Shown here in pieces: positions 1-10,906 of a stretch of 64,000 nt of DNA. Position 1 is the stretch's first letter. Every line of letters starts with the position of its first letter. Source of the DNA: Marsupella aquatica (Eukaryota > Plantae > Marchantiophyta); NCBI GenBank assembly GCA_973895155.1, contig OZ316895.1:20846803-20910802 (forward strand), given 5' to 3'. The notes beneath the pieces were generated by a model that was given only the letters and a program-made list of their open reading frames with translations, was not told the origin of the DNA and made no database searches. The position numbers were made by a program, and so were the translations under genes.

Positions 1-622
1 TTCTCAAATGTAGAGAATTCATTCTGCAGCCACAGCCAGTACAACCAGTGATCTTGCAACCTTATAGTTGACGACAGTAGCCCTCTTGGTCACCCAAATC
101 TGCATCTATATCTACTATGCATATGCCCGAATCTCAGGACTTCATGACGCTCGGCAGGTATAATAAAATTAATCATGAAGGGAGAAGGGAAGGATTATGT
201 TACTACTGATCAACATCGAAATCTATCTACATTTACAAGAATTACAGAGCTCAAGATGTACACATGGAAGCGGTCCTTCATCATCAACGAGATCTAACGC
301 CGGCCGCCGCATGGACTAAGGGTCTTCATTTTTTACAAATTTTGACCTACCTCTGAACAAGCTCAGAAACCTTGGCAGCGATCACGAATCAACAAGAGCT
401 TCCTGAAAGAAAAGAAGTTTCTGACCCAAGATGTAGATCAGTTTGCTCCACAGATGCAGATGCCAGTGTTCTCGTTGCTATCTTGAGGTTAAGATCGTTA
501 ACCTATTAGAGTATGTTTCAGCTGTGCACCTCTGCTAATCCCATAGCAACACCTTTAAAGAATTCTATACACTAACTAGCACAGATCTCACGGGATGAAC
601 CGCCATAAGGGCCAGAAAAAAA

Positions 623-2119
623 TCATTTCCTACGATCATGTAATAGTTCGGCATTGTCGTCGTCATCGACAAGGGGCAGGAGAACGATCTTGTCATCGCG
701 CGTCAGCATCGTTAATAACATTCTTATTTCTGAATATGCCATCACTGCAACTGCTCGGAAGGAGTTTGCCACTTTCTTGGTCAAACTCTTTACTGTCTTT
801 GAGGTGATACTGGCTACTTCCCCTTTAGCTGTAACCCAGGAAAACCTTCCAATGTCGCAAAAAACCTCGTACCGCTCATGACGAGCGAGCTCGTCTTCCA
901 AGGCTTTCAGAGACTGTGCTCTACTTTCCTGCAGTACTTCCTGCAGTTCGACTCCACCCTCCTCATCATCCATTCCGCTCAAAAAGTCCACCGGTACAAA
1001 ACTCTGGCAGCCAGTGAAAGAACTCTCCAAATACTCTCTGTTTTCATCGATCCAGTTCGAGTCTGCGCCGGTAATCACAACAGTGAACTGGTACCTGATG
1101 TTCTCCCCAAAAAGTAAGAGGAAAAACTGCCAGAGTCTCTGCTCTAGCTGATCAATTTTATCCTTCTTCAATACATATAGGTAGTGGGAATAGATTCCCT
1201 CGACCATCCGCACGTATTTCTTTAGCCTCCTTTGGGCCACGTCCGAAGTTGTAGTGCTGAGGTCACTACTGGGCTCTCCAAAGCCTGGAGTGTCTACAAC
1301 ATACCATCCCCTCCCTTCCCCGTGAACGACTCTCTTAGTAGCTCCTCTGATACTTGAGCTAATGCGGAAGGGGTTGGTTCCACAAGGGTCGTCGAGTTCT
1401 CCTGAGATGAGCATTCGAGCGACGGTTGACTTCCCACTGCCTGCCCTCCCGAACAAGATCACACTCTCAGGGCCCCAAGGCCCGAATGTTGTATCTCTCC
1501 TTGTCACCTCTTTGAGGAGAAACGGCGTCATGAATCTCCCGGGATTATATCCCATTACGCTGGCAGGCTCCGGTACTCCATTCCTCGACAAGTTCGCCAA
1601 CACTACATTGTCTGGAGGGATTCCCTCCTTTACGAGAACATCCTTCATCTCGCACCTCTGAAACTGCATCTGAGGGGAGTTCTGGGAGCTCACGAGCATA
1701 ATTTTCGCCTCTTTGTGCTCCTTGAAAATGTACGCCAGCAGGGGCAGCCAGCTGACAAGACGATGAGGGTACTGACTTTCATTGAAGCCGTCGATAATGA
1801 AGTCTGCGGGACGGGAAGAGTTGACGACCCCCACCAACACAACTCTTCTGCCGAACAGCCTCCTAAGCGAGTTCACGGAAATCCATTTCCTCGCATATTT
1901 CGACCGATCTAGATCCTCAAAATAAGTGCTTTGAAAGGGCACGGTATCGATCAGGACTGGACATGTCGGATCCGCTTCCGTGGCAAATACCCGAACCCCA
2001 GCCATGGACGTCTCCACTTGCGTAGCACGCAGACCTCCGGCAATGAGGTCGACGACGGCGGTTTTGCACTCCGTCTTACTGCCCATCACCAAATACACCG
2101 GAGCAGCCTCACATTCCAT
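623..2119 (-). CDS. AIG1/IAN (GIMAP)-like P-loop GTPase, intronless, with degenerate N-terminal GTPase-like domain (paralogue A)
   Basis: Uninterrupted ORF (track 623..2200 starts at TTG; first ATG at 2119, ~498 aa). G1 ILFGRAGSGKST, G2-like SIRGAT, G3 YVVDTPGFGE; hydrophobic C-terminal segment. Clearly alignable with the ORF at 44234-45775. Confidence 0.8.
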   Translation of the reverse strand: MECEAAPVYLVMGSKTECKTAVVDLIAGGLRATQVETSMAGVRVFATEADPTCPVLIDTVPFQSTYFEDLDRSKYARKWISVNSLRRLFGRRVVLVGVVNSSRPADFIIDGFNESQYPHRLVSWLPLLAYIFKEHKEAKIMLVSSQNSPQMQFQRCEMKDVLVKEGIPPDNVVLANLSRNGVPEPASVMGYNPGRFMTPFLLKEVTRRDTTFGPWGPESVILFGRAGSGKSTVARMLISGELDDPCGTNPFRISSSIRGATKRVVHGEGRGWYVVDTPGFGEPSSDLSTTTSDVAQRRLKKYVRMVEGIYSHYLYVLKKDKIDQLEQRLWQFFLLLFGENIRYQFTVVITGADSNWIDENREYLESSFTGCQSFVPVDFLSGMDDEEGGVELQEVLQESRAQSLKALEDELARHERYEVFCDIGRFSWVTAKGEVASITSKTVKSLTKKVANSFRAVAVMAYSEIRMLLTMLTRDDKIVLLPLVDDDDNAELLHDRRK

Positions 2120-3924
2120 GGCTGCTGTAGAACTCTTGCGGGGTGACGTACAAATCAACGCCTCTTCCCCTCTGTCCCGTCCGGAATTCAGGCAAGCCAA
2201 ACAATAAAGACGACCGTTCTCAAAATATTTATCTCTTTCAGTTTGATGGGAATAAGAAGGATTCTGAGGTCACTCACCTCCCTCGATTGTGATGTAGTTC
2301 TAGTCGAACTCAGCTACTAAAAGCTAGAAGCGAAACTGCATGCAAGGGAAGTCCACACGGACGGGACGGTAATCGAGGAGATTCAATGCTATTCTCAGCA
2401 CAATCAGTCGAAAATCGAGCACGTTGGTCTCCTCTAACACTCCTACCTCTACCTGATATCCGGTTCGCAGTCCATCGTCTTTGGGAGTCCGATCAACTCC
2501 GAAGCACAGTCCAAATTCCACCAACGTTGAGATCAAACCACTCTTGTGCAAGTTTCTTCTTCGATAATCTTCTTCGTTTGCAACCAGGCCCTCCCGCGAA
2601 CTCGTTCTCCCCTCTTCGCGATTCTACCCTAACCCAAGCAATTGCTCAACGAAACAGACACGAAGGCAGCAGAAAGAAGACACCAAAGAGAGCTCGCCGT
2701 CGAAGAATTCCCAAACCAACCCGCATCTCAGCCAGAAACTCAAGATGCATAAAAATAAGAAGCGCAGCAAAAGATCAATCACCCTCACCGTTGAGGCAAA
2801 CGCGTGCTAGGTTATGGAAAGTGCCCTCTTCTCTGGAGTCACAGTGATGCAAAGCTCTCAACCAAAATTCGCGAAAGAATACCAGGAAGGTTGTGATCGC
2901 TTGGAAGAGACCAATATGTAGCTTCTGACGGACAGTGACAAATCTATGGCTTCACTTCTCCGACGGTCCCCAGTTCCCCACTGTTCTCTCTCCCTCAGCA
3001 GATTAAGAAAGGAACACCCACTCACAATGATTACTGGGAATCGTGACCGCGTCTCCTCCCCCTTCGCGTCCTCGTCTTCTTCGTCGTCTTCGCTGCTCCC
3101 CATCTTCCATCCTGACACACCCTTCTCCAAATCGTCAAAGTCTATGCGCGAGCTGAACCTACAGAATCGTTTTGGGACATCACCGACCGTCACTCCACCA
3201 CTCTTTCCATCGTCGTGACGCCTTTCTCTGTCCAGTCATTCCGTGTTACGGAGCACAATCAAACACTGAAACGCTACCATATAAGTATCAATATTTGAGA
3301 GTGGTCATCTCGAAGAGAAAAGGGACTATTTTTCAGAAACTGGAGATATAGCGTTGAATTGATCGGTTTCTTCACGTTGAAGTCTTTCTTTTCTCGCGCT
3401 TTCTTGTGATTCGGTGTTTGTCATGCAACGATCTAAGAGGTAGTATCTGAGCATCCAGCTTGACTACTGATCATATCCCAGCTTACTGGGTTTGTTTTCG
3501 AAATTTAAGTATATGGTGACCGAGCCCCAATATATGAGGGCACTAGGGCAAACTTTGAGCGGATGCCCATAACGTACTTTTGTAATGGGTGGTTAATGCA
3601 GTTAAAGGCCTAAGAGTAGGCTAATCCAATGCCTGTTAGTTGGGTGGAAATGTTCTCTATTGTATATAGTTTGAGGACCCATTTGTTATGTAAGCTTGTT
3701 TTATTGAACTATTTAATGCCATGAAGATGAGTTGCACATTGGAATAAATAGATGAGAGGGAAAACTTTAAATACAGTATTCTAAATGAAGTGAGTTTTAA
3801 AGGTAATTAGGACAATTTTGACAATTCATTGACGACAAATAGTAGTATATCATGGTAATAGTGAGAGTTATTCTCCATGCAAAACGTTTGGGTTAGTACC
3901 TTTATATGTATAGTAGCTCAATAC

Positions 3925-4810
3925 CTGTGCGTTGCACAAAAGAAGTCGTGTCGGCCAAGATGTCATTGAGAAAAAATGATGTAGTGTCAGCCAAGAGGTC
4001 GTGGAGAAAAAAGATGTAGTGTTGCCTAGGAGTTCGTGGAGAGAAAAGATGTCGTGTTGCCCAAGAGGTTGTGGAGAGAAAAGATGTCGTGTTGCCAAAG
4101 AGGTCGTTGAGAGAAACGATGTCGTGTCGCCCAAGAGGTCGTTGAGAGTAAAGATATCGTGTCGCCCAAGAGGTCATTGAAAGAAAAGAAGTTGTGTTGG
4201 TCAAGATGTCGTTGAGAAAAAAAGATGTTGTATTGGCCAAGAGGTCGTTGAAAGAAAATATGTAGTGTCAACCAAGAGGTCGTGGAGAAAAAAGATGTCT
4301 TGTCGCCCAAGAGGCCATTGAAAAAAAAAAATGTCATGTCGGCCAAAAAGACGTTGAGAAAAAAAGATGTCGTGTTGGCCAAGAGATCATTGAGCAAAAA
4401 AATGTCATGTCGGCCAAGAAGTCGTTGAGAAAAAAGATGTGTCGGCCAAGATGTTGAGAAAAAAGATGTGTCGGCCAAGATGTCGTTGAGAAAAAATTGT
4501 CATGTTGGCGAAGATGTTGTTGAGAAAAAAACGTTGTGTCGGCCAAGACATCGTTCACGAAAAATACCCGTGCGTTGCACAAAAGATGTTGTTGAGAAAT
4601 AAGATGTCATGTTGCCCAAGATGTTGTTAAGTGACAGATGTCACAAAGTAAAAAGATGTCTTAAAAAAAAAGTAGTTTTGCCAAACATGCCATTGTGTGA
4701 AAGATGTTATTAAGAAAAATGTGTCATTTTGCCAAAGATATCGTGAAGTAAAAGATGTTAAAAAAAATGGTGTTGTTTCACCCAAGCTATAGTTGTGTGA
4801 AAGATATTAT
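3925..4810. repeat. Degenerate minisatellite, ~30-32 bp unit (AAGATGTCGTGTTGCCCAAGAGGTCGTTGAGAAAA-like)
   Basis: More than 20 head-to-tail variants visible, decaying toward 4800; produces the spurious repetitive ORFs at 3868-4582. Confidence 0.9.
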
Positions 4811-5657
4811 GAAATAAAAAATCAAGGAAACTAAGAAGGAGTGAGTCTTTTTCTTTGTTTTGTTTTTTTACCCAAAATGCCCATGATGCATTTGAATGGC
4901 GACCACTATAAATTGGAGCAACGTTATATTATCGGTTTCAGGTTTAGTGTTTTAGGGTTTAGAAAAGATGACCATTCTCTCGATATCCTTTCAATCCTCG
5001 TGCGTTGCATAATAGATGTTGTTTGGTTAAAGATGTTATTGAGAAATAGATCGTACGTGGTGCAAAAGATAATCGTTGAATAAAAATAATAATTGTTAAA
5101 AATACATTATTACACAAAAAATTTGTTGAGTGAAAGATATCATTGTGCAAAATAGAAATTGGGGTCCATGCAAGATAACTAAAAATTAACTAATTTCCAA
5201 AGAAATTAAATCTTCTTTTTAAGAGCAAAAGCCAAAATAATATAATGTCAACCTACTCTCTTCCCTTAGTGCTAGCTCCCTACCAAAACATCTCAAGTAA
5301 ATCTTTTCACTTTCATGCCCCATGCCAAATGTACTCTAAATTAATAGACCATAAAATAATATACTTACACTTTAATGCTCCATGACAAAAAGTATTATAA
5401 GCAAGCTACAAAATAATTATAGTAACACCTGCAAGTACTCTATGACATATTATATCTACCTTGTACTATAACTTACATACCTACCTTGTACTATAACTTA
5501 CAGCCAATTTTAGGTTCCCATCTCACTCAATCCAAGAGCCATAAATAATTCTAGAAAATATCTGATGGTTTAGCTTTGTTCTCTCCTTTTTCATTTTTGT
5601 AACCGGACGAAGGACTAAAACTGGCGGGATTCGTTATTATAGTAGTAGATAATAAAA

Positions 5658-5915
5658 TGCAATAAAGCTCTTGTGTGTTCTCATGGACGTAATCTCATGA
5701 GGAAGTGAACCACGTATCTCTCACTATTGACTACTTGATTGTTGGATGGTTATGGACATGTCATTGTGAATGTCGTTTTTGCTCACCAGCTAGATGTTAT
5801 CTTGCAGAGCTTGTCTACAAAGGTTTTGTGTGACCATGCATGGTGGCCAAAATTTAGTAAAGCTCTAGCACTCCTTGGATGTAGTCTTGACTGAGGTGAA
5901 CCACATGTATCTCAT
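5658..5915 (+). repeat. Degenerate copia-type LTR fragments (two partial copies) related to the solo LTR at 6882-7226
   Basis: TGCAATAAAGCTCTTGTGTGTTCTCATGGACGTA...GTGAACCACGTATCTCTC aligns with 7096-7160; a third weaker copy at ~5855-5912. Confidence 0.6.
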
Positions 5916-6881
5916 TTTGGTGTGTACATATGCTTGTTGGTTGTGCTCTTGTGGTTGTGTCATGAGTCTGGCCTTTCCATGGTCTCATTTAAGTGGTCAT
6001 TGCTGGAAAAAGTATGTTAGGCTGGACCAAGCTAGTGAACCCTGTAACCCCAGTGGTCCTTGACACCCCTTACATCCTCCAGTGTTGACATTATTTTTGT
6101 TTCTAAAAACTTTTGACTAGCAAATTTCAATAGAAAGTGTAAATAAAATAGGTGGATTTGTTGTATACTAGCATATAGCAGCATCAAAACAAGATTGTGA
6201 TCCAATTGTATTCCAAGAGAATGGAGGGACCAAATGAAATGAAAATTGAAGGACAACAAAATAGGGCTGGTTTCAATTTTATTTGTTTACTTTTTTAGAA
6301 AAGTCAAACCAAATATCAAAAGTCACCGCAAAGACAGTCATGGGAAAGAATAATGGTCTAGCACCCCCTAATATTTCATTTTAATCCTTGAGGTAGTTGG
6401 AGCGGTAGGGACAATATAAAGTCTCATAGCACAGAATTGAATACAGTATTGAAATAAATACAGTATTGAACTCTTCCATTCAAATTGATTGATATTTATT
6501 AATATAACACCACCAAAGAACAAAAAGAACCAAAGTGGGAGATAGGATTCCAAGGCAAGGAGACAGAATAAAGGGAAGAAAACAAGTGTTTTACTTGGTG
6601 GTAGAACCAGTCAACTACATAGAAGTCGCCCGTCCAAAGTTCAACATAGTGCACTATGTGAGCTGTTATTTAGGTACGGAATGTGTGCATGGATGCCCAC
6701 CACACAGATTCAAATAAAGACTATTTCATGGACCCCTATAATTAGCGGTTCTTAACTTCAACAAGAGAACCAAGTCCCTAAAAATAACTTAACTGTTGTA
6801 TGAAAGTTAAGTGTCTTGTTGCATAAGTCCTTTGTATGTGACAACCTATATCATATGAATAGACCATGTGGATCATTGAGC

Positions 6882-7226
6882 TGTTAGGTATTGCTCTTAG
6901 TCTTGTTATTCATGAGCTAACCACAATTAGGCTAACTTGGGTTAGGACTTAGCTAATGTTAGCGGTAATGCTATTGTGTATATTGCCAAGGCTGGTGCCA
7001 ACCCCTGGTGGAACTTAGACTCATTGTTACGGAGCTAGTTGAGAGATAGGGAGAGCTTGCGTTGTGGATGGTTGGTATGGCCGATCGGCCTAGAGTGCAG
7101 TAAAGCTCTTGTGTGTTCCCGTGGACGTAGCCTCATGTGGAGGTGAACCACGTATCTCTCTGTGTTGACTCTTGTGCGTTGGATGGTTCATGGGCTTGCC
7201 ATTGCGAATGTCGTCTATGCTCAACA
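6882..7226 (+). mobile_element. Solo LTR, probably Ty1/copia
   Basis: Begins TGTT and ends AACA; flanked by TGAGC (6877-6881) and CGAGC (7227-7231), a 5-bp TSD with one CpG-type mismatch; contains CCCGTGGACGTAGCC...GGTGAACCACGTATC, typical of plant copia LTR 3' parts. Confidence 0.7.
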
Positions 7227-7348
7227 CGAGCAACCTCAAAGATGGAGTCCATTGGGATGAGCTCACTAAGTAACTGGAAGATGAATCCACTTGGATGTCC
7301 ATATTAGTGCTCATCCTGCTTTTCTTAATTTTGAATTGCTTATACCTT

Positions 7349-7489
7349 TGTCACCTGCTTATCAAACGGTTCACACGACAAATACGTATTTACTCCTACT
7401 AAAATTGTTTGTTATCGTATGACGGGAACGTGGAGGGACGCTATTAGGATTCTGTTGCATGTAGGATGAGTATGTTTATTTCCGCTCCC
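7349..7489 (-). repeat. Truncated 3' LTR (terminal ~140 bp only)
   Basis: High-identity copy of 9796-9936; similarity ends at GCTCCCG, where gag sequence abuts directly. Confidence 0.8.
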
Positions 7490-9542
7490 GTACTTGAGCG
7501 TGAGTCCACTCATGACTTGGGGACCGTGTGTGCTCAACAACTTCTGAAGTGACAACAACCACCAAAGGTGCCTCCACAACTGGAGATACTACAATGACTG
7601 ATGATACTAACTCCTCCTTGATGGTGACCAGCCTCTGCTTGGGAACGTCCACTACGGGCTCTTCCCGTTTGGTGACCAACTCCTTTGCAGGGGTGAACTC
7701 AAGCGGATCAACCACTTCCGTGGCAAGAAAGTTGATGTTAGCTTCTTTGAGTGGGGGTGGTGGCCCCTTCTTCTCTGGTGCTCCGGCTTGTTGAGCCTTG
7801 ATTGCTTCCAAGGTTGGACAGTCTGGTGCAAGATGTCCCTCCCCCTTGCACAATTGACACAACTGGGCAAAATCTCCGTTCCCTTGACGTGTGGGCTCCG
7901 GGCACACGTTAGCATAGTGGCCAGCCACTCTACAATTGTAACAAATAGGGATCTTTCTTACCCCCGGATACGGTGGCCTATTCCCGGGAGTAGCATTGGA
8001 ATAGTTGGCATATGGGGGTGCTCCAGCGTTAGTTGAGATCCCATGAATGCTCCTTGGTCCGGGGTTGAGCGGCTACACACTATACACATTGGCCTCCAGT
8101 GGCTCCTCCATGAAGTATTCGACTGGCCCCTCCGCTGCATAGGAAGAGGTTGAGTAGCTGGCTCCTTCTACGTCCTCCTCCCGTACTTGGAAGACCTTGG
8201 CTGGTTCTCGCGCTGGACACTCCTTCGGGGCATGACCAAACTTCATGCACTTGGTGCACCACACGTTGGCTCTCTCCACTGGAACCTTTCTCCTCTCTGG
8301 CTTGAGACCTGCAAAGTGCACCTTCAACGCTTTCATTTGCTCTGTCAACTCATCATACCTGGCCTCTTGCTCCTTGAGACGTCTTGCCGTAGACAATGGT
8401 GTAACGGCCACCGTGGGTAGCACAACTTCTCGATGAGATGACTTCTTGGCCTTCTTGGACAACTTCTTCTTCCTCTTCTTTCGCTTCTCAGCTTCTGACT
8501 CCGTAGTGTCTGACTCCGTAGTGTCTGACTCCGTAGTGCTCTCAGAGTCCTCAGATTCATCACTACCATCCGACTCAGATTCACTTGATTCCTCACTAGA
8601 GGAACTGTCCACAGGCTTCAACTTCTTTCTTCGGCAGCGCTTGCTTGCACATGGCATTGGCAGCAGTGTATGACTCCGCTGCTGCAATAGACTCAGCCAA
8701 TGTGGTTGGCTTGGCCTGTCGTACAAAGAACCCCATCTTGCTTGGTAGGGCAGCTACAAACCATGCTTGGCGCATAGCATCGTTGGTACGGGCTTGTATC
8801 CGCCGTACTAGCTTCTGGAATCTTTGCAAGAACCTCCGCAGTGACTCTTTCTTCTTCATTCTAAGTTGACCCACCTTCAACAGGGATGTGGCTTCCACTC
8901 CAATAGATCGGAACTCCTTCAAGAATGCTTGCTTGAACAAAGCCCAATCAGCTTTCATGTTGGGTAGCAACGAGATGAACTATGGACCTGCCTCCCCCCT
9001 CATCATTCCAAGAATGATAGTGAGCTTGTGGGCAGATTGTCCATTGGCTTCAACGATCCCTTCAAATTCTTTGATCCATTCGTCTGGGTCATCTTTTGGT
9101 CTTCCCTTGAAGGGTACGTACTGAACACGGGTACGTTGAGCAACAGCCATTGGTGCAGCTGGTCCCCGTATCAACACAGGCGGTAATGGCGTACGTTGGG
9201 CCACTGGTAACGACAATGCTAATAGGTGTGAGATGATTTGTGGCAATGCAGTGAGCTCTGGGATCAGATTTGGCCGTAACTCAGACTGCACCAACACAAA
9301 GGGTTCCCCTTCTTCTAGCACGTGGTCTACGTCTGGCTCTTCGTCGGGACATATGGCCGCGTTGTGTTGAGACCTTTCTTGTGGCACACCAACTTGTTCT
9401 TCCAGCTCCCGTGGCAACCTCCTCTCTTCTGCAAGCCATAATCATTCTTCGGCAGCAACCCCAGAGGGCACTCGGTCTAGCTCAGGCGTACGTGAGTGTT
9501 GGGGGCTTGCCCTTCCTCCCCTTCTTCCTCTCGGCATCCCAT
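7490..9542 (-). pseudogene. gag: Retrotransposon gag pseudogene with three CCHC zinc knuckles
   Basis: FKGRPKDDPDEWIKEFE and WALFKQAFLKEFR...FLQRFQKL (retrotransposon gag core); knuckles CTKCMKFGHAPKEC, CYNCRVAGHYANVC, CQLCKGEGHLAPDC; in-frame TAG at 8980-8982 and frameshifts; no protease/RT/RNaseH/integrase seen. Confidence 0.85.
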
Positions 9543-9756
9543 TGAGACCTGCATGCCAAGCTCACAAAAAACAATATCACCAACAAATCTTCCTCAAACA
9601 TCAACCGTCACAAGTTGCGTTGTGGTTGACGTAAAATAACAGAGTAACCAAGAAAAAACTTCTCACGTATCAACCGTTGCAAGCTGCGTTGTGATTGATA
9701 CACTTGAACTCCAAATAGATGTAGCTCCCCTCCTCCTGCAACCAAACAAGGAGAAG

Positions 9757-9776
9757 GTTCCCCTGCAGCGGCGCCA
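9757..9776 (-). promoter_or_regulatory. Primer-binding site (TGGCGCC type)
   Basis: Minus strand TGGCGCCGCTGCAGGGGAAC, ~20 bp inside the LTR end at 9796 and upstream of gag; resembles the Athila/Tat PBS TGGCGCCGTTGCCGGGGA. Confidence 0.75.
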
Positions 9777-9795
9777 AAAACAAGGACCTCACTTA

Positions 9796-10553
9796 TGTCA
9801 CCTGCTTATCAAACGGTTTACACAACAAATACATATTTACTCCTACTAAAATCGTTTGTTATTGTATGACAAGAACGTGGAGGGACGCTATTAGGATTCT
9901 GTTGCATGTAGGATGAGTATGTTTATTTTTGCTCCCGGAAATGTAGTTTTTGATCAAGTCTACCGACTATTCCCGCTGCTTTTGATCAAGTCCCATGGAC
10001 TACGCCACACACACACTCCTACTGGTCGCTGGTGGAGTGCTGTCACCACCCCCCTACTCACATGGTCGACCAACCCGTGCAAGTATTCCTTAGACACTTC
10101 TTGGGAAAGAACACAAGCGTGAGCCGGAAAAGATAACGCCACACCAAAACTTGAGGAATCAAACCAAATCCATATCTTTTGGCAAAAAGTGGTAACACAT
10201 TGCAAGGACAACCCGGCCTCCTGCCGTCTGCCCAACTCCTGCCTCACTCGGGCAAGCGCTACACCTCTACCTCACTACTCTAGCTCGAATTCCCCTTCTG
10301 GCTATGAGCTAACTTCCCTAACACCAACACTAGATTGAGTTCCCCCCCTCACTACTACGGGGCTCCCCCCCTAAATACTCAAAATAACACACCAAAGCAC
10401 CCCTCACGGGGTCACAAGGATGGCGGCTACCCTAGCGGCGCCGCTAAAACCTTCACAAAATAAAGCCCTAATCCTAAATCATGCGGCACACACATGCAAC
10501 TAAAACCCTAATCTAACAATGGGACCGACGGTGCCTTCGACGGCGCCCCAACA
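9796..10553 (-). repeat. 5' LTR (minimal extent; may run to 14010)
   Basis: Starts TGTCACC, first 140 bp repeated at 7349; candidate other end ...GGCGCCCCAACA at 10553. Confidence 0.55.
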
Positions 10554-10906
10554 TCACTTCGTGAACCCGGGCGTGAACTGCAAAAAATGTAAGGGACCTC
10601 ACAATTTCCAAAACTAGGTTCCACTCCGATTGCACCTCTGAGCTCAACCCTGGGTAGGCCTACTCCCCCTGATCATGAATCACAAAACCGCTCTCAAAAC
10701 GAACGCCAAACGACCAAGTTATGGTCATTTTAGTTTCACGTACTTATCAACTTCGCCGGACCCTAACTTACTCATCCTGGCTCCGTTTGAGGAGCGCCGC
10801 CTCTTGTTGGAATCAGCTCCGCGAGCTCTTTCCAACAAGCCCGTGAGTGCACCCTTCCAAAAAATTTCAAAATCCAGAGGTTGTACGACCAAGTCCGTAC
10901 GGCTAC

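Noticed and set aside
2324-3218. Short ORFs upstream of GTPase A
   Set aside because: No recognisable domains; more likely promoter/5' UTR, though an upstream exon cannot be excluded.
3868-4582. Overlapping ORFs and CRISPR-like periodicity
   Set aside because: ORFs are translations of a minisatellite; units are contiguous with no unique spacers, no cas genes, eukaryotic context.
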